Below the pieces are notes generated by a model that made no database searches, was not told the DNA's origin, and worked only from the letters and a program-made list of their open reading frames with translations. A program made the translations under genes and the position numbers. From Lingula anatina (Eukaryota > Animalia > Brachiopoda), in the NCBI GenBank assembly GCA_051362555.1, contig CM120646.1:19344001-19408000 (forward strand): a stretch of DNA of 64,000 bases, given 5' to 3'. Numbering within the stretch: the stretch's first letter is position 1; every line of letters starts with the position of its first letter. Below are positions 41,301 to 56,000 of this stretch, in pieces.

Positions 41301-43978
41301 GCGGAGTACGTCACAGAGCTGGGTTACGAGTTGCTGATGCAGGGGAGGGTGAGGGATGCCATGAAGTGTTACAAGAACGCCATGAAGCTGGACGAGACCA
41401 GTGTGGCAGCTCTGACAGGTAGGTGGATGTTGCGAGAGTGGATACATTATCACTTGTGGTGGCATGATAGTAATAATAAGAATAAAAAGAAGAGGGACTC
41501 TTAAGAACTGCATTCCACATTCCTCTCTGCACTGTTTACAATACAAATGTTGAGAAATTGAATTTTTAGCATGTCATCTGAGATTACCAGTCACACATTT
41601 TAATTTATTTTGAAACACAGCAACTAGAATTGCCAATTACAAGGAAAAACTTACTACAGGTTAAATGAAGCTACATGATTCTTAGAAATATCAGTCAGGG
41701 ATAACAGTAATGGCTTTTATTAGGATCACAGTAAAATAATTTATATTTGCAAATACACCACTTAAGACAATTCCCCAAAAAGGTATTTAGAGATTTGTAT
41801 TGCAGTGTTTGTATATTTCATCGTCAGTTTTGAGCCTTTGATATGAATTGATAAAGTAAAGATATAGCTGTATCAGTCTCAGTCTGTCTGTCTATCTGCG
41901 TGTCTGTCTATCTGCTCATCTGTCTATCTCATTGCTATCCGTGCAATCTTTCCATATGTTTATAATTTTGATTCACCTCTTTGTTTTGTAACTTGTTTTG
42001 TAACCAGTTCTTGACCAATGTTTTAGGTATTATCAGATGTCAGTTAGCAGAAAACCAGCTAGAAGATGCAGCACAGCAGTTGGAATTTTTAAGTGAGATA
42101 CAGCAGAGCATTGGGAAATCTGCAGTAAGTGCTTCTACACTGTATTGGTTTGATATTCATATTATATTTAGACCACTAGCCCATATCCATATTTTTTGTT
42201 CTATTTATTCATTTATTATAATATTTTTAACAAAATCATCTTGAAATTCAAATTTCTGTAATTAAAAAAAATAATAATAACTACTGTAACATGGTATTAG
42301 CTCAGGCACTCAGCATCAATCCAAAACCATTCACAGACAGACCTCTTAAAAGACCTGAGAAGAATTTTCCCCATTGTTTAAAGTGCAGAATTAAAATTTG
42401 ATGTATCATTTTATCCTACTGATATTATTTGTATTCCCACCTCTCCAGGAGGTGTCATACCTGAGTGCAGTGCTGGCCAGGAAGAGACAGAAAGGACCTG
42501 AGAAAGTCCTCGAGCTCTTAAATGAAGCCGTAGAGAACCACTTTTCTGGACTGGAGGTAAGGCCGAACTCAAGGTGGTCTGCAAGCAGAAAATAAAGTAA
42601 AAAAGAAAAGCAGGCTGGTAAATTACTTTTTTGCTCACAAAGTTAAGTTGAAAACATCAACCAATATTCATAGCAGGATATCAAATTTGTTATTTACTCC
42701 TCTTTGCCAAGGTGACTTACAAATTATTTATTTGAATAAGAAAGGTGTTGTCATCTCCTCCATACTGAAAACCATTTGTTGTCTTACTAGTTGATACAAA
42801 ATGTTCCTGTGTTTGGGTTCTAGTCTCTGCCATTAGGAGTCCAGTACTTCCACCAGATGAACCCTGACTTCTTGATCCAAGTCATCCATGAGTTCCTCAT
42901 CTATGCTCCTCAGCAGGTAGGTATTCATCAGGGGCTTGTAGCACAAACACACTTTAGACTGAGAGTTTATATTAACTCACAGAAAAGACCTACAATTTTT
43001 TGCTTATTTCTATTCAGTAGAAATTTATGGTAGTTCAATATGAGAGCTATTGATCTTAGACATAAGCTTTTTTGTTATGAATGGAAATATTTAAGCAAAA
43101 CAAGTACATTGCTATCACATCCAATACAGTATTACCACAATTAACAGATTGCTGTCACAGCTAGCACAATCCTATCACAGCCAACACATTATCACTTCAT
43201 ACACAATCTCAGTACAGCCAACACATTGCTATCACATCTAACACAATCTCAGTACAACCAACACATTGCTGTCACATCTAACACAATCTCCGTACAACCA
43301 ACACATTGCTGTCACATCTTACACAATCTCCGTACAACCAACACATTGCTGTCACATCTAACACAATCTCCGTACAACCAACACATTGCTGTCACATCTA
43401 ACACAATCTTGGTACAGCCAACACATTGCTGTCACATCTAACACAATCTCAGTACAACCAACACATTGCTGTCACATCTAACACAATGTCCTCCTGTATT
43501 GCAGCCCAGCACCACTGGTCAGCCAGTCCACCCAGTACTGAAGAGGTGCCAGATGGTGCTGGAGCCAGTGACTAGGACAGTGCCAGGACTCCTAGAGGCC
43601 CTCTTTCTCATGGCCAAGGTCAAGTTCCTGTCAGGTGGGTGATTTCTGTGGTGTGCTTCTCCTGTGCAGTATATTTTAAACTGTCCACTTTTGCAGAGTG
43701 TCACTGTGTTCCAGTTTTGATTTAGCAATTGTAGTAATAAGATGTATAATGAAAGCATTTAGCCTATTAAGTATTAACATGATAATCCTCACCCTGACTT
43801 TTATTATCCCAGGTGATGTTGATGCTGCCCAGGGCACCTTACAACACTGCCTGGACCAGGACTCCACCTTCTCTGATGCCCACATCTTGATGGCTCAGAT
43901 ACAACTGCATCAGGGGAACTTTAAACAGGCATCACAGTCACTGGAAGTGGGACTCAGCTATAACTTTGAGGTACAAAA

Positions 43979-44021
<43 letters not shown>

Positions 44022-45636
44022 CCTTCCTTTAAAGTACACCCTCTTATTATATTAACATTAATGCATAAAAATCTGACACATTTCTGATATTTCTTCTATA
44101 TCTCTCTTTTTTATCCTGTTTAGTCTCTTTATTGTCAGTAAAAGAGGTTTTTAGGCCTCCTGATCTCAGTGACCGTAGAGCGGATGAGTTCGCAGACTGT
44201 ACCCACGTATTATTTTCCAGGTAAGAGAGCATCCCCTGTATCACCTGATAAAAGCCAGAATACAGAAGAAGCAGGGAGACTACCAGGATGCTGTGAAGAC
44301 TCTGCAGATGGCCATGTCTTTACCAGGAGTGAAAAAGTCAGGTCAGTTTGGAGACTGAGGTATTTATGGTCTAGTGCCTCAATGGAAAACAGCGGTAGAG
44401 ACACTAAATGATTAACGTTGCAGCAAGAAGTGTCTTTTCTTTGGAATGGAAGTTTATCTTCAGTTTGGTCTGCTCAGAGATAGGCACTTTTTTGTTAAGG
44501 ACCATGGTAAATGAGCAGTTGTGCATTTGTTTTTGTTAAGTTTGAACTTATGAATATCAAGAAACTTTTTTTTTAACCAAGACAACAACCACAGACATCT
44601 TTGATACTATTAAACTGTTTAACTGTGTTAATCTCTATTCCAAGTGCTTCTTATATCTGAGACAATGAACAGGTTTACTACTATTTCAGACAGTAAGTCA
44701 GGGAGTAAGAAGAAGGTAGCCCAGATTGGTATAAATGACAGGGTGTCAGTGTTTCTGGAGCTGGCAGAAGCACACAGGATGTGTGCAGAAACTGTAAGTA
44801 GGGATTGCAATAATTTGTGTAGGGCAGATGTTCGGTTGAATCAGAGAACTGTTCTTTTCAAATTCACAAGATGTATTTAATCATGTTTAAAAGTATTAAT
44901 AGTGCAATTTCATGTCAATAATACAATGTAATAATCATTTGGTCAGGTGTGATGTTTCCTTGATACTCACAGATATACAGGATACATTTTCAAGGTGTAA
45001 TATTTTATGCTTAATTTTGGCCTTGAAATTTCTTTTTAAAACACAGTGCAAATTAATTTTCTCAAAAGATGGCATTCTTGCTAGAAAGGACAGGCTCTTG
45101 TCAATAAATTTTCCAAATGAAATTGCTAGAGGCAACCATTATCTTCATTAATTACTTGATCTTATTATTAATTGATGTGCGCTCACTTCCAGCATGAAGC
45201 GGCCAAGGTGATGACAGATGCCACCATGGAGTTTGAAGGCACTCCTGAGGAGATCAGAATCATGATAGCCAACGCTGACCTCTCCCTAAACCGTGGAGAT
45301 GTAGAGGGCGCCCTGGTCATGTTGCGTAATGTCAAAGAGAATGAGCCGTACTTTGTTCAGGCGAGAGAAAAGATGGCGGAGATCTATCTGCATCACAGGA
45401 AGGATAAAAGGCTGTATGCCAGTTGCTACAAGTAGGTCACAGGTGACATGGACACATACATACACAGGAATACATATTAATACGCACAAGTACACAGATG
45501 CATCCATGCACAAACATGCACTTCATCTTCAAAAAATCAACAACCACACAACATGGCCACAACTTTGCTAGATGGGCACCAATATCTGTTCAGCCAGCAT
45601 TTCATGGGAATGTAAAGACTTTTTATTTCAGTTGTG

Positions 45637-45670
<34 letters not shown>

Positions 45671-46735
45671 AAATAAAACAAAAATTTTCTCAAAAGATGT
45701 TACTTTTGTTACAAAGATAGGACTGGTTCTTATTTTGACTTACCAAGGAATATCTAACTCCTCCATCATTATTGTAATTCTAGAGAACTAGTGGACAAAC
45801 ATCCCAGTGCCCACACGTGTCTGCTACTGGGGGATGCCTACATGAGCATACAAGAGGTCAGTTCATCTCTTAATCATTCTCTTTCTCACTCACTCAGTCA
45901 CAAGTTACTTATTCTTAAAAAGTTGTCTATCTTGTCTGTGATAAGTGATGGGTTTTGCCTCTGTACAATTTTAAAGCAGGTATATTGTTTTATTATTTCT
46001 AATCATTTTGTGTTTAGGTGAGTATGCTTAGTATTTAAATGAGGATTCACATTAAAGCTTATCAGCACATATTTTTCATGTGACTATTACAGCCAGAGAA
46101 AGCTATAGAGGTGTATCAAGCAGCTTTGAAACTGAACCCAAAAGATGGCGCTCTTGCTAGCAAGATAGGACAGGCTCTTGTCAAGACACATAATTATGGA
46201 AAGGTAAGTTTTAATATCAAAATAGAGATTTATCAAAAAATAAGAAAAAAATATTTAATATTTAATTATTTTTATCAAGGTAATCTATGGAGATATTAAA
46301 CTCTTGTCAGCACATTAGATTTTAAAAAGTTAACTTGAAGAACATACTACCAGAAGAAAATAAAGATTTAGTTTTCAACCACAACTGTAGCATCAGTAAG
46401 ATGATTACTCACAATAAAATGTTTCCTTTTTTTAAGGCCATTAACTATTATGAGGCAGCGTTGAAGTCTGGTTCCCAAACGTCCCTGAGGTGAGTGCACA
46501 TGTTGCTTGTTATGACAACCCTTGAGTGCTTGTAGTGTTAAGTACCTTTGATGATTTTTTTTCTTTAGCAGGTAATGTGCAATTAAGAGCACTAAACTTC
46601 ACATTCCCATGTTTTTTTTAAAGAATGTGTATGCTGTCTGTGAGAGTAAATGTATAAACATACAAAAACTCCTGACAGGATTGAATTGCCCACATCAGCT
46701 GTCCCCCCCCCCCCAAAAAAAAAAAAAAACATGCA

Positions 46736-46767
<32 letters not shown>

Positions 46768-49393
46768 CATTAAGAAGTGCATTTTATATGCAGCACAATT
46801 GCATTAAAGGGATAATAACTCTTCGTTTCGGCCAAAAAAAGAATTTTCCTGGAGTAAACAACAATTTTCCCATACTTACCAATGGTTAATGGATCCATTT
46901 TTACAATCAAAGTTAGTCCCTGGTTTGTTTCTAAAAAGTTTGGTTTTTTGTTAAAATCTCTTAAGAGATTCTAACAGAGTATAGCCATCAGTGGAGGTCA
47001 AGTGGTCTAAAGACAAGCCCAGATATCAGAATAATAGCTATACTGGCCTTTTTTGTAGTCAGAATATATTATATTTCTACGAGTTATTCATAATGTTTTT
47101 ATTGTGAAATATAGATGTCATACGAAGAGTTATTATCCCTTTAAACTATATTATTTTTCATGGTATGTAATTGCATTATGAAGGAATCGTTATGCTGAGG
47201 CAGTATTGTAGTGCTGTCTATGTTTTCTTTTTTTAACTGTGACATACTCGAATTGTTGTTATTATAATCCATAAAATCAAAATAATTTTGCAGAATTCAA
47301 AGATGAGGCAATGCCACTAGGCACACAAAGGAGGCTGCTGATCATGCCCAGTGATGTAACCCATTTTATTCTGTAGTTTTATGTATTAAAGCAGATGTTG
47401 TTGTAATCTAGGTATGACCTGGCAGAGCTCCTGTTAAAGCTGAGACAGTATGACAAGGCACAGAAGGTGTTACTGCAGGCACTGGACCAGGCAGGAGCAG
47501 GTAACAAAGCCACTTTCTAGGCCTTGAAAAAAACTCAAAGAATGATGAAAATTGGGAGGTATCTAAAGCCAAATCTTACCCAATGGAAATTATGCTCACC
47601 TTGAGGTTTCAGTATAATAACACTTACCTGTTGTAGAAGGCAGATAGATGTTGCTGGACACTCCAAATGAGCTTCATTTGCATGCATTGTGATCTGGTTT
47701 TAATTCTCTCCATATATGATAAAGACACTGTTAAGTAGTTTTATCAAAACTAAGTTTGTTATTATATTTGAATTAGTTCAGTTACTATTACAGGGTTTTT
47801 TATGCCTGTAAATCTTTTTTCCAGTGTTCAAGAGTAATATTAGTCCCATTAAGCAGTACAACTCTATCAGCCTAATCCTAAAAATAATCATAATTATGCC
47901 CAGCAAGTTATTTCATCAGCTGCGCTGTGTATTCAAAGTCACAATTATAATAACCCCAAATATAGCTGTTTTAATTAATTATAAAACCATTATTTTAAAT
48001 TTGAAGATAATCATGCTTCTGTTTCAGTGACTAAGCTTGAAGAGATGATAGAACAGACCAAGTATTTGGTATTGCTAGCCAAAGTGCACACTCACAGAGA
48101 AGAATTTGAACAGTCAGTAGAGGCACTTAATAAGGCCAGGGACATGCAAGCTAGGTACGGTTTGCTTTGCAGCCAATGTGTTTAAGGTTTTTAAATAAAT
48201 ACATAAGACAACTTTACATTTTAGTCAACAGTAAACAAATGTGAACATTCTTTGTGGAGAAACAAAACAAACAGGAAAGAAAAGAAAATATGTCAACTTT
48301 TAAAGAAAAATTTGTGTTTTTAAGGTAATATATATAAATAATTTACTCATACAAAATTGTCAAATTTGCTTCAATTTTATCACTGGCAGTTGGAAAACCT
48401 TAAAATGTATATAAATAAATAAATAGATAAACAAAAGGATGGATAGATGAATAAGGTAATTGATTAATTACTTAACATGACTTCACAGGGTATTGAAAAG
48501 AGTGCACATGGAGCAGCCAGATGCAGTGCCAGCTCAGAAACAGTTAGCAGCCAGGTAATGTATCATGGTGGAGCAGTGCTCTTAATGAATTTTGACTTGT
48601 CACAATTCTTTTTCTTATTAAACATAAGGATGTAAAGATAACTTAATAAAGTTTTGAAAAAATAAAAGGAGAAATCTGGCACTCTGGTGAGAAAGAAGGG
48701 TTGTGCTTTATGTAGAGATTTTTAATGGAGGTTTAAATATAATTGTTATTATGGGATATGTTGTTTAGCAGACCACAGAAACAAGATGTGGGCATATGCA
48801 CAGATAAGATATGATATGATATGATTGAGTGCAAATTGTGTACAGTTGTTGTTAAATATAAAGATCTGTTAAGCAAATACATTGTGAATTATGTAATTTA
48901 CTCAGCTTCTCCAATTTATCCCCCATCCAGTATCTGCAGCCAGATGGCCAAGCACTCCTCAGATCAGAGAGACTATGAGAAGGCAATCAAGTACTACAAG
49001 GAAGCTCTGGTCTACAATGAGAATGATGAAAAGGTGAAGGATTTTATATTATGTCTGCTGATTTACACCCCCCCCCCCCCCCAAAAAAAAAAAATAAATA
49101 AATAAATAAAATAAATAAATAAAAATTTTAAAAATGAATCACGGAAAATTCTATAATGGACTTGGGATAATTTCAATGAAACAAGGAACGGGGTTAAGAT
49201 TTTTGTCTAAATGTATTTGAATGAAGCATTTGGATCAAATTTTACTGTCAATATATATTATTTATTTCCTTTCCCCTCAGGTTGCTATAGAGCTGGCCAG
49301 GCTGTACATGTTAACAGATGATCTGAATGCCTGTCAACACCAACTCATGGCCTTGCTGAAGAATGAGAAGCAAAATGATGCTGCAACTGTGGT

Positions 49394-49470
<77 letters not shown>

Positions 49471-50001
49471 GCTATATGTCTATCTTCTACACACAGATAG
49501 AAAGAGAGAGTGGTATGTCTGTAAACATGTAGGATCCTGTTTTCTTAAAAGAAAATTATATCATTTATATATGTTGAATTTCTCTGAGTCAATAAAACGT
49601 TGTCCTCTGTAATTTCAAGAACCAAAATCCTTTCTGTTCAGTCATCTAGGTATAGTATTATTAAATCTCAAACAATAACATTTCAGTGGTATCTTTAACT
49701 GATTTTTAATCATTTTTCTTTCCCAGATGATGGCTGACCTGATGTTCCGCAAAAATGACTATGATGCAGCCATGTTTCATTTCCAACAACTTCTGCAGCG
49801 TGCACCAGATCACTTCGAAGCTCTGGCACGCCTGGTTGACCTCATGCGACGTGGAGGAAAACTGGATGAGGTGCCAGTGTTCCTGGAAAAAGCTGAAACT
49901 TTCTCGCCAAAGACTGCCACAGAACCAGGCTATAATTACTGCAAGGGGCTGTATGAATGGTGAGACCATGATTTTGAATGTTAGAATAAAGATAAAGGGG
50001 C

Positions 50002-50043
<42 letters not shown>

Positions 50044-53000
50044 ACAGAGTAATGCAACTTTTTGGGATTGATGGTCCATACCAAAAACGCCATGGCCCAT
50101 TGGCCCTTTTTGGGCACCTGGGTCTGAGAGTACTGGCTCAGAAATAATTGCCATTTACTGAACAAATTTCACTGTCTCAGCTTCAAAATTTACCTGCATT
50201 TTGTCAAATGGATTCTGTAAATGAATGAAACATGTTTCTTTTTCTCAAAAAGATGTGTCTCCTTTAACCTATCTTAAATATCATCTGGCCTGTCCCTATT
50301 CTAGGCACACAGGCAACCCCAACAATGCCCTGAAGTACTTCAACAAGGCCAGGAAGGACACAGACTGGGGTCAGGAGGCCATATACTGTATGATAGAGAT
50401 CTGTCTGAACCCTGATAATGATATCATTGGAGGAGAAGTGTTTGAAACTATGGACAATGCTGAGTAAGTTGACGTGTAGACTAACGTTTTTTTTAAAGGG
50501 AAAATTCAATTTGGTATGATATAGTTTTGTATTTTATTATATTTAGATAATTTCAAGATAAATGGATTCAGGGCCATGAATATCATACAGCAAATATTTT
50601 TTTTAAAAACTGAGGTGAACATCACACTATTTTATTTCTCTTTACAGTTCAGCAGCGGAGAGGGCAGACAGTGAGCAGCTGGCAGTAAAAACTGCGGAGA
50701 AACTGATCAAGGAGCTGAGACAACGTCCCGGTGACATCCGGCCCAGACTCCTGGAGAACATGTTGTTGATTGCCACCAAGAACAAGCAGAACATTGAGAA
50801 GGCTCTGGCAGCGTTCATGGAGATTGCATCTGCTGAGGTAGGTCAGAGGTCAAAGGTCATGATCAGAGCTGTTGTATACTATGAATACACTTTTGTTGCC
50901 ATGCAAGAGATAAAAGTCTTTAGTCTAATATATATATATATATACTCTTGAATACTAGTAGTGAGTTGCCTTAACTGTGAGATTAAATTGGCAGAATTTT
51001 TGTTGATAAAAAGTCATATTTTATATGTGTATTGAGTCTCATTTGAGTTTCATTCTGTGTGATATTTTCCCCAGTAGCTGACAATTATTTCAAGGTGATA
51101 TTTATTCCAAAGACAATGCATAAAGGATATTCTAGAGAGATACTTTTAAAGAATGAGTATGTTATTACAGAGAGATACTATAAAAACTCATTCTAACCCA
51201 GAGAGGTACTATAAAAACTGATTCTGTTCCAGAGAGACCATGTGGGAGCCCTGTATGGCATGGCAGCTGCATACATGGTGTTGAAGCAGACCCCAAGGGC
51301 CAGGAACCAGCTCAGGAGGATTGCCAAGAACAACTGGAATATGCAGGTACAGAGGTGTCTTCCTGGTTCAGTTCTATGAAGGAACTTGAGATCAGAACTA
51401 TTAAAGTGGCTTTTAGGGGTCTCTTTAGGATGATAAAATATTCTTAAAGCTAAGACCAATTTCTGGTCACAGAACAGTATTCTTGTCTAAGATGTGGTTG
51501 TCTCTTGTTATTTGGTCTTTAAGTATAAAAGAACTTTTTGAGATGAGAAGTTGGACTTAGCTATAGGAGTGTCATGTTTAGCCTACTTTGACCTGAGATA
51601 ATACAGTGGTAGTTCACTGAAATGAAATGTTATGCGTGTTTTATAAAAAGAAATAAATAACTTATCACGTATTAGATCGGTTATTAATTTATTTTAGTTG
51701 ACTTATACAGATATATCCATAATTAAAGTAGGTCAAATTATTCCATCTTTAAGTTTACTTTTGGTCTTAGGGTCTCTTGTGAAACTGCTTTTTGTATAGT
51801 AAATTTTAGACTAATGCTTCTTTAACTTTGCTAAGGATATGTTAAATGCTTTTACTGTTTTTTCTTCAGTTTTGTCATTGATTTAGATTATATTTCTTAG
51901 TTTAGCTAATTCAGATTTTTTTTACTTCTTCTGCCTCAACATGTTTGATTTAAAAGAACAAATGATAGCTAAGATCATTGCTGTACATTTCAGTTATTTT
52001 CATAATGGGATATGAAATTAAGGAGAGTATTTTATAGGGAGAAGAGAAAATTATTTTATAGGGAGGAAAATGCTTTCAGACAGTCTTATAATTAAAGACA
52101 ATCAGATCATGATGAATCACATAATGTGCTTCAATTCTCAGAAACTGAGGTAACATTTTGTGTCATCTTGACTGTGATTTAATTATGTTCCTTTATTTCA
52201 AGCTTCAAATCTACATTATATTATGTCACTTTTGCTGGCTGTTTACTTTTCTCAATATATTTTCAGCCTCATTGCATGTTTATTTTTAACTTTTTCTCCT
52301 GTTAATCATTAATTGAAGGATGAGTGACATTTCATTGTCTCCTGATGTAACATCACTTATCGTCTGTTTGCCACCTGCCCTCCTGACATATATTTGTTGC
52401 AACTGAAAGTCGCTGTCAATTTCAGGTGTTCCCCCCTTTGGTTTTTTTGTCATGTCCTTAAACTTTTGTTTAAGTTTTCCTTATCATGGCTCACATGTAG
52501 ACTATATTATTTTATATTTCATGTAGAAAACCAGAACATTTCCACAGTGACTCAAATTATTGTTCAGTGCTTCTTCATTTTGGAATGATCAGAATGATGA
52601 GAAGAATCTAGCAAACACAGGAATCAACATAGAAATAAGCAGAACTGTTATCATTCCCACAAAAGCTATCTTTTGCTTGTTCAAAGAGTCAGGCAGTTTC
52701 TTTGTAAACAACCCTTTCATACTTGAGTTCTGTGTTTGAGTATCCTCTGAAACCTGTTGGGCTTCTTGGTTTCTGAAATTTTGAAGATTATTTTGAAGAT
52801 CCACTTTCTCCCTTTCCAATAACCTGCATCTCTCCAATAGTTCTTTGTTTTCTCTTTTATAGGCTTCGTTAGCCTGCTTCAAATTCTCTATCTGTAAATC
52901 GCTGTCCGTCGTGTAGTCATCAGTCTCACCTCTGTTCTGACCTAAGAGTGCACGTGTTTGATTTGGAGTGGACACTATCTCCACTTCCTCTTTAATCTCA

Positions 53001-56000
53001 ATCTGCTCTGTTTTCAACTTGAACAGTTTCTCCACCATTTTGGTTTGTCTACATGTGCATGCTTTGTATTCCCCATTCTTTGATGCCATGCTTTGTGTTG
53101 TCACAGTTTTAAAAAAGTCAATACTTGATAATAGTGTGTTACTTCTGTTCATAAAAGTTTAAAATACAGCAGTAACTGCACAGTATTACACACGTATATT
53201 CACAGTTGTGTATTACCACCACCAATAAAGAAGGTTGAATATTTTTTCATGGAATGTCTGCAACACTGTCCTTTGACTTATTGTAGTGTTGTCTGCTCTT
53301 CCCTGGACTGTTCTGAAGAAAGCCTGGAGACTTCTTTTTGGTATCAGTCTGAGGTGCTTCAGAATCTGCTATCAACGCAACATCTCCAAGTCTTTGAAGT
53401 CTAGACAGTCCAGCCAATATTCAGTAATACTATATTTCAATGCCTTTCTGTCTTCTCATGTCTCAAGGTGAAAAATACTGATATCACTTCAGCACGTATA
53501 AGCCTCTGCATAAGCTGTCTTACTATCGTGTGCTTCCAGATAAGTATATAACATCTTGTCTTTAGTATTGACACGTCCTTATGTTACATCCTTTACATGA
53601 GGAGCTCATCTCAGGCTATCAGTTTTGCATATTTGTCACATTAGCTGGGTCAAGTGCTCTTCTATATCTGCTCTGTTTACATCTAGAATTAAATTTTTGA
53701 GGACTTCATATGTCAAATATATTGTAAATATTAAAGGAACCATAGGAGCTAAAAGCATAGATTAGACCACTCATGATAATTTATGGACCCTATTCACTTG
53801 GGTTATGATAGTATTGAGATGGTAATATAACATGTGTTGGCATGAAGAATACTATGATGAAACTGGGGTTGTGAGTAGAACTGATGATAAAGTGCACACC
53901 AAGCCTGCTTTTATGATAACCCAGTTATGTCAGTTGAAGTTACTGTCAGACAAAAATATTGGTGACCCTCGGTTCAAAACTCATTGTCATTATTCATGAC
54001 ATGTGCCTGACCTGTTTTAATATCATACATAGCGTCAGTTAATGTAATGACTGTTGAATCTTAATGCAGTCATTTTATAAGTCATTGCCTGTATTCATGA
54101 TATGAATACCTAATCTGCAGTCAGTAATAAAGAGAGTTTTAATAACCCCCCTTTTTACAACTGGTTTTCTTTTGCCATTTGACAGGAAATATGTAGTCTA
54201 GTGTGATCTGGTGGATGACTTTGTTGGCTGACCTATATATTGATAATGTGACAAGTAGGTGTGACACTGATTGTGTTAAATGTCACTGGATAAATTACTA
54301 ATTAGAGGCATCTCACAGATTGGAGTATTGATTAATTGGCTGAAGTGGAGCTGATTGTTGTAGGTGTGATGCCGATTGTGTTGGGTATCCCAGGAGTCTA
54401 AGAAAGCTGAAAGCTGAACGGATTGTATCCAGTTGTGCACTGTATATATTGCAGTGGCAGTTTTAGGGGAGGTGTCACACCAATGGCCCCCTCTTGAAAT
54501 TAGAATTTCAAAAAGCTGAGTCATAGTTCTAAAACCATACCAAATGGCACCACTGCCCCTCTAAAATACCAAAATTTTTCGGGGAGATTCAGCAGGCCCC
54601 GAACCCCACGCCAAGGGGAGGGGTTTGGCTTCATATCTGCAGACCACCCCTTCAAATAATCCTGGATTCGCCCCTGTAGTTCATATATTTGCATTGTACT
54701 TGGGCAATATGTGTAGTTAATCCAATATATAATGGGATACCTGTTCCAGGATGCAGAGGACTTGGAGAAGTGCTGGTTGCTGTTGGCAGATATTTATATA
54801 CAGAATGGGAAGTATGACATGGCCACAGAACTGCTCAGGAAATGTTTGGCAGCAAACAAGGTAAAAAATTACTTTTTGTATGGAGAAGTGTATTGAATAT
54901 TTTTTATTGTATTTCCTTTATTTCACTTATTATTATAACAACCATTTTCTGTTTTTTTTTTTTAAATATTATTATATTCAGCCATCCATTTATGTACTAG
55001 TACTTGCATATTCACAAAAAAAAACTTGTGTTAGAGTTGAATAAAATTGTGATATTTTCAGTTAACATTTAGAATTTGATTTCAGATGAAAATTGAAATC
55101 CTTCTTTCTAGATTTAGTTACAGTATGTAAACTGAATGTAGTTTAACAGTACTTTATGTAGCATTATAGCATTGCTCACTAAAGATCTTCATCCCTACGC
55201 TAGTCATGCTGCAAGGCCTATGAATACATGGGTTTCATCATGGAGAGAGAACAGTCATACAGGGACGCTGCCAAGAACTACGAGAATGCCTGGAAATATG
55301 GTAACAAAAACAGCCCTGTCATAGGTAACTTGGAACACCTTTCTGGAAGCTTTTAGTATCACAAGTAGTCTTTTTATGTCCGGAGTCATTTAGATTTCAA
55401 TGCAAGGTTGCAGAGAACAAACTTATGTATGCCATGTGAAGATCCAGGTTTAGGAAGACTTTCTACTTCTGATATTCAGAGGGGGGAAGGGGGCAGCATT
55501 GTTCTTTCACTGTTTGAGACTGGCCACAAATACCAGTTGGAAAAATATGTAAAATACATTCTGAACTATCCTTTTTCAGTCATTTTAATCTTTCCACTAA
55601 TGGTAGAGTCTAGCAGTTTTCTCACATGATTGAGTGGCACTTGTCTTTAAATTTCATAAAATGATTGATTGGTTATCAGCAAAATATACTTGCTTATTAT
55701 AAATGATCCCCTTTTGCAGGTTACAAGTTGGCTTTCAATTACATGAAGGCAAGAAGATTTGTAGATGCTATTGATATTTGTCATCATGTAAGTACCTTTA
55801 AGTTAATAGTCATAGATTTTCTCTGGGATTTTGAGTTAAAGATGATTATCAAATTTTACTGAGGCCTGTTCCATCAAATAATGATAAAGTTTGGTCTGCA
55901 ACAACCTAGACAAAAAAAAAACATGCTAGACTGCTTAAATAAAGTTGCTATTCATCTAATGCATTAGCCATTTCTTTTCTGTTATAAAGCAGAATGATGC

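Noticed and set aside
43203-43487. Regular repeat array resembling CRISPR
   Set aside because: The units are contiguous with no unique spacers, there are no cas genes, and the context is a eukaryotic intron. It is a minisatellite.
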